Positions 9,013 through 17,154 of a stretch of DNA of 64,000 nt are shown here, in pieces. The stretch comes from Longimicrobiales bacterium (GTDB taxonomy: Bacteria; Gemmatimonadota; Gemmatimonadetes; Longimicrobiales; RSA9), in assembly GCA_035461105.1 (NCBI GenBank), contig DATHVV010000063.1:34010-98009 (forward strand), in the 5' to 3' direction. The number at the start of each line of letters is the position of its first letter. Position 1 is the stretch's first letter. Both the position numbers and the translations under genes were made by a program. The notes under the pieces were generated by a model that had not been told where the DNA came from, did no database searches, and saw only the letters and a program-made list of their open reading frames with translations.

Positions 9013-11088
9013 TCAGGAGGCCGCCGTCCGCGCCCCCTCATCGCGCGCGACGCGGCGCCAGCAGCGCAGCAGCTCGGCCACGCTCCACGCCTGCGCGATG
9101 CAGCCGCGCGGCGTGAACGGCGGATCCGCGTCGAAGATCTCGGCGACGGACCCGACGCCGAACTCGTCCAGGTGGTCGAGCAGTCCCTGCAGCATGGCAC
9201 GGGCCTCTGCGCGCCGCTCGGGATGGACGCGCAGCCAGGCGTCGACGAAGTGGCCGATCAGCCAGCCCCACACAGTGCCCTGGTGGTACGCTCCATCGCG
9301 AGTGCGCAGATCGCCGTAGTAGCGCGGCTTGTAATCCGGATGCCCGGGCGCGAGCGAGCGCAGACCGACGGGAGTCAGCAGGCGCGCCCGGACCGTCTCG
9401 ATCACCGGGGCCCAGCGGGCCGGCGCGAGCACGGGGTGGTCCAGCGAGATCGCGAACACCTGGTTCGGCCGGCAGGCCGGGTCATCGCCGGCCTCGCCGT
9501 CGACGACGTCGTAGAGGTATCCGGCATCGGGGATCCAGAACCGGACATTGAAGGAGTCGTACGCCTGGCGCGCGAGCCGCTCGCAGCGGTCGGCGCCGGC
9601 CACGTTCCCGAACGCGCGCTCCCACTCCTCGAGCACGCGCAACGCGTTGTACCAGAGCGCATTCAGCTCGACGGCCTTGCCGCGGCGCGGGGTGACGACC
9701 CAGTCATCGACCTTCGCATCCATCCAGGTCAGCTGATAACCCTCGGCGCCCTGGCGCAGCAGGCCATCGGCGGGGTCGACGCCGATGCCGAAACGGGTTC
9801 CGCGGACGTGGTGCTCGACGATGTCGCGGAACGTGGGCAGCAGCGTTTTCATCGTGTGCTCGTCGCCGGTCGCGTCGAAGTAGCGGCGGGCGGCATGAAA
9901 GAACCAGAGCGTCGCATCGGCCGTGTGATAGAGGCCTTCGGCGCTGCCGTCGGGGAACATGTTGGGGATGAGACCGTCGCGGACGTAGCGGGCGAAGGTG
10001 CGCAGGATGTAGCCGCCCTCGCGGTACCGGTGCGTCGCCAGCGTCAGCCCTTCCAGCGAGATCATCGTGTCGCGGCCCCAGTCGGTGAACCAGTGATAGC
10101 CGGCGATTACGGTCCGCACCTCCTCGCCCGCGGCATGGGCACGCGCCGCCTCCTCGGCGCGACCGGTGGGCGTGATGATGAACTGATCGGCGGCGAGCAC
10201 CAGCTCGGCCGCGACCGGGTCATCGGCGACGCGGGCGAGCTCGATCAGGCTCGCGCGGCGGTGACGTTCCGCATCCAGCGCCGCCGCCGGGTCGAGGGCG
10301 TCGAGGTCGTCGCGGTTCTCGGTCGATGCAGCCAGCGTGAAGCTGGCGCCCACGTCGAGCTCGACCACGAACTCGCCGGGTGACCACAGCTCGCCGACGG
10401 ACTGGTAGCCGCGCCCCGCTTCCACGCGGAAGACGATCTCGGTCTCGCGGCGCGTGTCGGGGAGGAAGCTGGCGGCCGCTCCGAACGTGCGCATGCGCAG
10501 CGCCGGGTAGCTCGCGTCGCCGAGCACCTCGACGTGCGTACCCTCGTGGCTGGCGCGATGCGTCGCGACGAGCGGCGCATCGACGGGATCCTCGTAGCTG
10601 CGGAAGTGGAGCGCGGGACGCAGGCGCAGGCGCGCCGGAGCGGTGCCGGCCTGGAGCACGCGGTAGCTGATGTGGGTCGTGTTCTGCTCGTGGGGCATGA
10701 GCACCCGCTTCTCGAGGAGCCAGTCGTCGACCCGCAGGCACCAGACGGGCAGGCCGCCATCGAGCGAGAAGGACTCCAGGTGCGCGGCGCCGCGCAGGTC
10801 GAGACCGCCGCCGCGCTCGTGGGCCGTCAGCTCGACCGGCGGCCGCCCCGCGATACCCAGCTCCTCGTGCAGGTGGTTGAGCATGACGCAGCGTCCGAGC
10901 GGTGCCGGGAGCGCGGCCACCAGGACGCCGTGGTAGCGGCGCGTGTTCACGCCGGCGATGGTGGAGGAGGCGTAGCCGCCGCGCCCGTTGGTGACGAGCC
11001 ATTCGCGACGCACGATCGCTTCGACGTCGGCAGCGGGCTGCCACAGCGGGGTGCGCAGCAGGGTGCGTTGAGAATCGGGAACGCTCAT
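9013..11088 (-). CDS. Glycogen debranching enzyme, amylo-alpha-1,6-glucosidase type (GDE_N/GDE_C, GH133-like)
   Basis: Internal start MSVPDSQRTLLRTPLWQ, then EWLVTNGRGGYASSTIAGVNTRRYHGVLVAA, typical of archaeal-type GDE N-terminus. The C-terminal six-hairpin glucosidase region carries conserved WDNS-like motifs. The start overlaps the treZ stop (ATGA). Confidence 0.8.
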   Translation of the reverse strand: MSVPDSQRTLLRTPLWQPAADVEAIVRREWLVTNGRGGYASSTIAGVNTRRYHGVLVAALPAPLGRCVMLNHLHEELGIAGRPPVELTAHERGGGLDLRGAAHLESFSLDGGLPVWCLRVDDWLLEKRVLMPHEQNTTHISYRVLQAGTAPARLRLRPALHFRSYEDPVDAPLVATHRASHEGTHVEVLGDASYPALRMRTFGAAASFLPDTRRETEIVFRVEAGRGYQSVGELWSPGEFVVELDVGASFTLAASTENRDDLDALDPAAALDAERHRRASLIELARVADDPVAAELVLAADQFIITPTGRAEEAARAHAAGEEVRTVIAGYHWFTDWGRDTMISLEGLTLATHRYREGGYILRTFARYVRDGLIPNMFPDGSAEGLYHTADATLWFFHAARRYFDATGDEHTMKTLLPTFRDIVEHHVRGTRFGIGVDPADGLLRQGAEGYQLTWMDAKVDDWVVTPRRGKAVELNALWYNALRVLEEWERAFGNVAGADRCERLARQAYDSFNVRFWIPDAGYLYDVVDGEAGDDPACRPNQVFAISLDHPVLAPARWAPVIETVRARLLTPVGLRSLAPGHPDYKPRYYGDLRTRDGAYHQGTVWGWLIGHFVDAWLRVHPERRAEARAMLQGLLDHLDEFGVGSVAEIFDADPPFTPRGCIAQAWSVAELLRCWRRVARDEGARTAAS

Positions 11089-12956
11089 GGGACCGCTCCT
11101 TCGGGCGCGAGCACGACGGCCGCTTCGGCCGGTATCAACCAGTGGGGCGCGCAGAGCAGTTCGGGAACGCCGGCGCCACCGTACTCCGGGTCTTCGCTGC
11201 ACCAGAGGGTGCGCCACCGGCGCCCGCGAGGGGGCGCGAGCAGCGGCTCGGGGATGGGGGAGAGCGTCACGTCGGCCCCGAGGTTGACCAGCAGCAGCCG
11301 GTCGGCATCCGGGTGCTCTCCCAGGTAGCGCAGCAGCAGACAGTCCTCGGCGAGCACGGCGCCGTGCACGTGCTCGCGGTCGCGCTGCAGGAACGCGGCG
11401 CTGCGGGAGAGCGCGATCAGGTCGCGGTGCAGCGCGAGCATTGCGCCACCGGCCGCGCGCTCGGCAGGATCGAGCACGCAGCTGCGGAACGTGTCGGCAG
11501 CGGCGGGATCAGCGAGGCGCTCCTGTACCTGCGGTGTCGCGATGCTCGGGAACTGCCGCAGGAACTCTCGCCGTCCGCGTTGCACGCTGCGTGCGAGCTC
11601 CGGCTCGTGGTCGGCGAAGAACAGGAACGGAGTCGACGCCCCGTATTCCTGGCCCTGCAGCAGCATGGGCGTGCCCGGTGCGAGCAGCAGCAGGGCGGTC
11701 ATGGCCCGGTATCGGCCCGGGCTGGTCAGCTGATGGAGACGGCGCCCGTGCGCGGAATTCGCGACCTGGTCGTGGTTCTGGATGAAGTTGACGAAGCTCG
11801 TCGGCTGCAGGTCGAGCGCGGGCGTGCCGCGCGGCTGCTGCTGCCAGCCGTAGTACTGGCCCTGGTAGAGGTAGCCCCAGCGGACCGCCGAGAGCAGTTC
11901 CTGCGCGGAGCCACGGTAATCCGTGTAGTACGCCTCGGTGCGGCCCGTGAGGGCGACCCGCGCGCTGTGGTGGAAGTCGTCGTTCCAGGCGCTGTCCATG
12001 CCATGGCCGCTGCGCTCCAGCGGGCGCAGCAGCGCCGTGTCCTGCGGCTCGTTCTCGGCGATCAGCAGCACGGGCCGCGACCCCGCCGCAGCGCGCGCGG
12101 CGCTGGCGATCTCGCTCAGGATGTGGCGCTCGCTCGAGTCGAAGATGCTCTGCGTGGCGTCCAGGCGCAGGCCATCGAGATGGTACTCCTCGATCCAGTG
12201 GCGCACGTTCGCCAGCACGAGCTCGCGCACCGGCCCCGCGCTCGGGCCGTCGAAGTTGAGCGCATCGCCCCATTCCGTCTCGTGGGTGCTGCTGAAATAT
12301 TCGGGCGAGAACTCGCGCAGGTAGCAGCCGTCCGGCCCCAGGTGGTTGTAGACCACGTCCAGGATCACGCCCATGCCGAGCTCGTGCGCGCGGTCGACGA
12401 ACGCGCGGAACTCGTCGTGCATTCCGTACAGCTGGGTGGGCGCGAACAGGTCGACGCCGTCGTAGCCCCAGCCGAACCGACCCGGGAACGCTGCCACCGG
12501 CATGAGCTCGACGACGTTGATCCCGAGCGCCGCGAGCGGCTCCAGCCCGGCGGCGGCGGCCGGCCAGGTGCCGGCGGGCGTGAACGTGCCGACGTGCAGC
12601 TCGTAGATCACCGGGCGGGCGAGGTCCGGACCACGCCACGCGTCGTCGCGCCAGCGGTACGCGCCCGGGTCCACCACCAGCGACGGGCCGTGCGGCCCGT
12701 CGGGCTGGAACCGGGAGGCGGGGTCCGGCCGCGGCTCGGCGCCGTCCAGCGAGAAGCGGTAGCGGTCTCCCGGCGCGACCTCCGCCACGAGCGCGCTGAA
12801 GTAGCCGTTACCTTCCGCGCGGAGCCCCTGCCGGGCGCCGCTCTCGAGGACGATCTCGACGCCTTGCGCGGCCGTCGTCCAAACACGGAAATGCACGCCA
12901 CCCTGCGCCGCCGGTTCCGCTCCGACCGGCAGGCGCCGCCCCGTCCCGCTCCTCAT
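11085..12956 (-). CDS. treZ: Malto-oligosyltrehalose trehalohydrolase
   Basis: CBM48-like N-terminus (VHFRVWTTAA...), GH13 motifs (GWGYDGV, DVVYNH, GLRLDA) and a TreZ-like C-terminal domain. Length is 623 aa. Confidence 0.85.
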   Translation of the reverse strand: MRSGTGRRLPVGAEPAAQGGVHFRVWTTAAQGVEIVLESGARQGLRAEGNGYFSALVAEVAPGDRYRFSLDGAEPRPDPASRFQPDGPHGPSLVVDPGAYRWRDDAWRGPDLARPVIYELHVGTFTPAGTWPAAAAGLEPLAALGINVVELMPVAAFPGRFGWGYDGVDLFAPTQLYGMHDEFRAFVDRAHELGMGVILDVVYNHLGPDGCYLREFSPEYFSSTHETEWGDALNFDGPSAGPVRELVLANVRHWIEEYHLDGLRLDATQSIFDSSERHILSEIASAARAAAGSRPVLLIAENEPQDTALLRPLERSGHGMDSAWNDDFHHSARVALTGRTEAYYTDYRGSAQELLSAVRWGYLYQGQYYGWQQQPRGTPALDLQPTSFVNFIQNHDQVANSAHGRRLHQLTSPGRYRAMTALLLLAPGTPMLLQGQEYGASTPFLFFADHEPELARSVQRGRREFLRQFPSIATPQVQERLADPAAADTFRSCVLDPAERAAGGAMLALHRDLIALSRSAAFLQRDREHVHGAVLAEDCLLLRYLGEHPDADRLLLVNLGADVTLSPIPEPLLAPPRGRRWRTLWCSEDPEYGGAGVPELLCAPHWLIPAEAAVVLAPEGAVP

Positions 12957-13061
12957 CGCCCTCCCCTGCTGAGCCGCCGATCACCATGCAGGTTGAATAC
13001 CTGCGGCTCCGGCAGTGCGTCACGCCGGGCGCGCCGGGCGGAACGACGCTGCGGGGACGCC

Positions 13062-14090
13062 TCACTCGAGCAGCGCGTCCACGGCCGACGCCACGTCGAT
13101 CAGTCCTTCGATCCACGGGTCGTAGCGCGCGCCCAGGGCGACGTCGCGCGCCCAGTCCAGGGCGGCCCTTCCGCGCCATGCATCGGGCGGACTCGCCAGC
13201 GGATGCCGGCTCGTGCCCCGGTGCAGCTCCGCGGTGAAGTCGCTCGCGGATCCCGGCACGTTGCGGAACGAGCCGCCGCCGTCCGTGCCGTAGAAGCTCA
13301 CCTCGATGACCGCCTGCCGGCCGGTAGGCAGGTTCCAGGAACAGGCCAGCCGCATGGTCGCGCCCGTGTCCAGCTCGAGCAGCGCGGCTGCGTAGTCTTC
13401 GGGCACGGACGCGCCGCGCGGGAGCAGCTCGCCGCGCGCGTAACGTCGGCTCCGGACACTCGTGACGCGCGGGAAGCCGAGCGTCCACAGCGCCAGATCG
13501 ATGACCTGAGCGCCGAGCTCGACCACGCAGCCGGCGTCCGAGCCGGCGTCCGGGAGCGCAGGATCGCGCGGACCGTCCACCGCCCCCGCGCCGTGGAACA
13601 CCAGGTCGATCGCATACACGTCCCCCAGCTCGCCGGCCTGTACGACCGAGCGCAGCACGCGCATGGCTTCCGTGCAGCGGTACGGGAGATCCACGCCGAG
13701 CCGCAGGTTCGCCCGTCTGGCCACGGCGATCACCGCACGCGTCGCGGCGGTCGTAGCCGCGAGCGGTGGCTGGCAGAACGCGGGGATGCCCGCCTCGAGC
13801 GCGCGCAGCGCGGGAGTTGCGTCCGGCGCGCCGGACGGCGCGATCACGATGCCATCGAGCGGCTGCCGCAGCAGCTCGTCCAGGGTACCCAGGCGGACGG
13901 CTCCGGGGACGATGCCCTCGAGCTCATGCAGCAAGGTCATCGACGGGTCCGCAACGGCGGCTACCTCCGCGACACCGCTCGCGGCGATGGCGCGCATGCG
14001 GTCGCGGGCGCTCGGCCCGGCGCCGAGGAAGCCGAGGCGCGGCGGCCGGCCCGGCGCCGTGGCCTTTGCGATCACGGTCGCGTCGCTCAT
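13062..14090 (-). CDS. Gfo/Idh/MocA family NAD(P)-dependent oxidoreductase
   Basis: Rossmann N-terminus (RLGFLGAG...), then the conserved EKP-like core and C-terminal alpha/beta domain. An internal Met (MSDATVIAK) was chosen as start. Confidence 0.7.
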   Translation of the reverse strand: MSDATVIAKATAPGRPPRLGFLGAGPSARDRMRAIAASGVAEVAAVADPSMTLLHELEGIVPGAVRLGTLDELLRQPLDGIVIAPSGAPDATPALRALEAGIPAFCQPPLAATTAATRAVIAVARRANLRLGVDLPYRCTEAMRVLRSVVQAGELGDVYAIDLVFHGAGAVDGPRDPALPDAGSDAGCVVELGAQVIDLALWTLGFPRVTSVRSRRYARGELLPRGASVPEDYAAALLELDTGATMRLACSWNLPTGRQAVIEVSFYGTDGGGSFRNVPGSASDFTAELHRGTSRHPLASPPDAWRGRAALDWARDVALGARYDPWIEGLIDVASAVDALLE

Positions 14091-14178
14091 GCGGGTAGGC
14101 GTTGAAGTGGCGGCGCCGCGCGAGCGCCTGCGAGGCGCCGGGTGCAAGCGTCATGCCCTGCGCCCCCCGGCCGGAGCG

Positions 14179-15072
14179 TCAGCTCTCGCTCTCCAGCTCG
14201 TCGAGCGTGCGCGGCCAGTCCGCGCCGAGCAGCTTCGAGAAGGCACGATCGGCGAGCAGGCGGCCATCCGTCTGGCACCGGGCGCAGTAGTTCGTCTCGT
14301 TCTGGGCGTAGACGATGCGCTGGATGGGAGCGCCGCATACGCGGCACGGCTGGCCGTACCGGCCGTGGACGGACATGGCCGGGTGAAAGGCACTCACCTT
14401 CTCCGGGAATCGATCGCCGCACTCCTCGGCGAGGCGCGCCACCATCGCCGACAGCCAGGTGCGCGCGGCATCATGCAGTCGGCCAAGCTCCTCGCGGTTC
14501 AGTTGACGGGTCCGGCGCGCGGGCGACAGTCGCGCCAGAAAGAGAATTTCGTCGGAGTGCGCGTTGCCGATGCCGCTCACGATGCGCGGGTCGGTGAGCG
14601 CGCGCTTGAGCGTCCGGTTCTCACGGACCAGTGCCTCCGTGAATTCCCGGACGGAAGCGGTCAGCGGCTCGATCCCGCCGCGCCCGAGCGCCAGCACCGC
14701 CGCGCGGCCGCGCACGATGTGGAGAGAGGCGCGCTTGCGGGTGGCCGCCTCGGTGATCAGCAGGGTGCCGCTCGGGAACTCGAACGCAGCGTGCGCGCCC
14801 CGCTTCGGCGCGGCCGTGCCTGCCGCGCGCCAGCGGAGTCGGCCGGCGATCATGAGGTGCAGCACCGCGAAGAGGTCATCGTCGAAGCCGAGCCCGATAC
14901 GCTTGCCGAGGCGGAAGACCTCGCGAACGCGGTGTCCCGCGAGGGCCGTCGGGGGAGGATCGAAAGTGCGGAGCAGCGAGGGCGAGAGGACGCGCAGTCC
15001 AAGCAGAGGCTGGTCGAGCGTGCGGGCGCGCAACGCCCGGACGTAGATCTCGACTTCCGGCAGCTCCGGCAT
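14179..15072 (-). CDS. Formamidopyrimidine-DNA glycosylase / endonuclease VIII family (Fpg/Nei)
   Basis: Canonical N-terminus MPELPEVE, with H2TH and a C-terminal zinc finger (CxxC...CxxC: CRVCGAPI...YCARCQ). Confidence 0.8.
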   Translation of the reverse strand: MPELPEVEIYVRALRARTLDQPLLGLRVLSPSLLRTFDPPPTALAGHRVREVFRLGKRIGLGFDDDLFAVLHLMIAGRLRWRAAGTAAPKRGAHAAFEFPSGTLLITEAATRKRASLHIVRGRAAVLALGRGGIEPLTASVREFTEALVRENRTLKRALTDPRIVSGIGNAHSDEILFLARLSPARRTRQLNREELGRLHDAARTWLSAMVARLAEECGDRFPEKVSAFHPAMSVHGRYGQPCRVCGAPIQRIVYAQNETNYCARCQTDGRLLADRAFSKLLGADWPRTLDELESES

Positions 15073-15084
15073 GCGCGCCCCCGG

Positions 15085-16971
15085 CTAGCCCTCACCCTCG
15101 AGATACGTGTAGCCGGCCAGGCCGTCCACGTAGTCGGCGATGAACGTATTCGCCTCGCCGCGCGGTAGCCGTGCGTTGTGCACCTTGCGGCGGAACGTCG
15201 TGACCAGGTCCTGGGCGCTGAACTGCACGTAGTTGAGGACCTCGGTGACGGTGTCGCCGTGGACCAGGTCGCCGATCTCGTAGCCGCTCGATGTCAGCTT
15301 GATGTGCACGGCGTTGGTGTCGCCGAACAGGTTATGCATGTCGCCCAGGATCTCCTGGTACGCCCCCGTGATGAAGATGCCGAGCACGTACGGCTCGCCG
15401 TGTCGGAACGGGTGCAGCTCCAGGTTCCGCTTCGGCTTCCGCCAGCCGGCGAAGCGGTCGATCTTGCCATCCGAATCGCAGGTCATGTCCTGCAGCGTAC
15501 CGCGGCGCGTCGGCTCCTCGTCGAGCCGGTGCACGGGCATGATCGGGAAGATCTGGTCGATCGCCCAGGAGTCGGGCAGCGACTGGAACAGCGAGAAGTT
15601 GCAGAAGTACCGGTCGGTGAGCACCACCGACAGATCGGGCAGGATGTCCTCGTACTCCTCTTCGTCACGGGAGGCCAGCTGGGCGATCCGGTTGATGATC
15701 GCCAGGTAGAGCTGTTCCGCCATGGCGCGCTCGCGCAGCGACAGCACACCGCTGTTGAAGTGCGAGTTGATCGTCTCCTTCGCGAACACCGCATCGTGGT
15801 AGATCTCGCGCAGCGAGCGGGTGTCCACCTCCTTGAGCGCGGCGGCCAGCTCGTGCACGATGGGGTGCGCATCGTCGTCGATGGTCTCGGGCACGACCGC
15901 GACCTGCGCTTCCAGGTCCACGACGTTGATGAGCAGCAGCGCATGGTGGGCGGTGAGCGCGCGCCCCGATTCCGAGATCACGTGCGGCATGGGCAGCTCG
16001 TTCTCGCGGCAGGCCTCGGCGAGCGAGTAGATGATGTCGTTCGCGTACTCCTGCACCGAGTAGTTGACCGAGGCGGAGCCGGTCGAGCGGGTGCCATCGT
16101 AGTCGACACCCAGGCCGCCGCCCACGTCCACGTACTCGATGCCCACGCCCAGCTGCCGCAGCTCCACGTAGAAGCGCGAGACCTCGGCCATCGCCGCCTT
16201 GATGTTGCGGATGTCCGGGACCTGCGAGCCGAGGTGGAAGTGCAGCATCTTCAGGATGTCGGGCGCCCCCGCGGCGTTCAGCCGGTCCACCGCCTCGACC
16301 AGCTGCGCCGAGGTCAGCCCGAACTTGCTCTTCTCGCCCGCCGACTCCGACCAGCGACCCGCCCCCGTGGTCGACAGCTTCACCCGGATCCCTGCGGTCG
16401 GAGTCACGTCCAGCTCGCGGGCCACCTTGAGCAGGACGTCGACCTCGCTGAGCTTCTCGATCACCATGAGCACGGTATGGCCCAGCTTCTGCCCCATGAG
16501 CGCGAGCCGGACGTACTCCTCGTCCTTGTAACCGTTGCATACGATGATGTGATCGCTGCGCTCGGTGAGCGCGAGCACCGCCTGCAGCTCCGGCTTGCTG
16601 CCCACCTCCAGCCCGACGCCGTGCGACTCGCCGAATTCGACGATCTCCTCGATCACGTGCCGCTGCTGGTTCACCTTGATCGGGTAGACCGTCGTGTACT
16701 CGCCCTGGTAGCCGAACTCCGCCCGGGCCGCCTCGAAGCGGTCCGAGAGCGTCTGGATGCGGGTTCGCAGGATGTCCGAGAACCGCAGCAGCAGTGGCAG
16801 CCGGATGCCCTGCGCCTCGAGGTCCATGGCCAGCTCGTAAAGGTCGAGTCCGCGCTCCCGCTCCTTGGTCGGGTGCACGGTGACGTGGCCCTTCTCGTTG
16901 ATCTCGAAGTAGCCGATGCCCCAGCCTTCGATGTTGTACAGCTCGCGTGCGTCCTCGAGAGTCCAGCTCAT
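15085..16971 (-). CDS. speA: Biosynthetic arginine decarboxylase
   Basis: Start MSWTLEDARELYNIEGWGIGYFEINEKGHVTVHP matches the SpeA N-terminus. It has a PLP-dependent fold III decarboxylase core. The upstream 29 aa of the longer ORF is judged spurious. Confidence 0.85.
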   Translation of the reverse strand: MSWTLEDARELYNIEGWGIGYFEINEKGHVTVHPTKERERGLDLYELAMDLEAQGIRLPLLLRFSDILRTRIQTLSDRFEAARAEFGYQGEYTTVYPIKVNQQRHVIEEIVEFGESHGVGLEVGSKPELQAVLALTERSDHIIVCNGYKDEEYVRLALMGQKLGHTVLMVIEKLSEVDVLLKVARELDVTPTAGIRVKLSTTGAGRWSESAGEKSKFGLTSAQLVEAVDRLNAAGAPDILKMLHFHLGSQVPDIRNIKAAMAEVSRFYVELRQLGVGIEYVDVGGGLGVDYDGTRSTGSASVNYSVQEYANDIIYSLAEACRENELPMPHVISESGRALTAHHALLLINVVDLEAQVAVVPETIDDDAHPIVHELAAALKEVDTRSLREIYHDAVFAKETINSHFNSGVLSLRERAMAEQLYLAIINRIAQLASRDEEEYEDILPDLSVVLTDRYFCNFSLFQSLPDSWAIDQIFPIMPVHRLDEEPTRRGTLQDMTCDSDGKIDRFAGWRKPKRNLELHPFRHGEPYVLGIFITGAYQEILGDMHNLFGDTNAVHIKLTSSGYEIGDLVHGDTVTEVLNYVQFSAQDLVTTFRRKVHNARLPRGEANTFIADYVDGLAGYTYLEGEG

Positions 16972-17044
16972 GTCGCTCCGGCTCGATAGTCGTGGACCGC
17001 GTGGGCGGCAGGAATCCGGGAAGATGCGAAGGAAGCGGCACGCT

Positions 17045-17080
17045 GAAAAGGCCGGCACCAGCCTGGCGGCGGAGCCGGCC
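17045..17080 (-). terminator. Rho-independent terminator candidate downstream of M14 peptidase
   Basis: On the minus strand GGCCGGCTCCGCCGCCAGGCTGGTGCCGGCC is followed by TTTTC. A second GGGGCGAGGGCGA hairpin precedes it at 17113-17142. Confidence 0.4.
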
Positions 17081-17154
17081 GGGCCCGCGCCGGCGCGCGC
17101 GAAGAGCCCGGGAGCGAGGGCGAGCCTGCTGCTTCGCCCTCGCCCCGCCCGACA

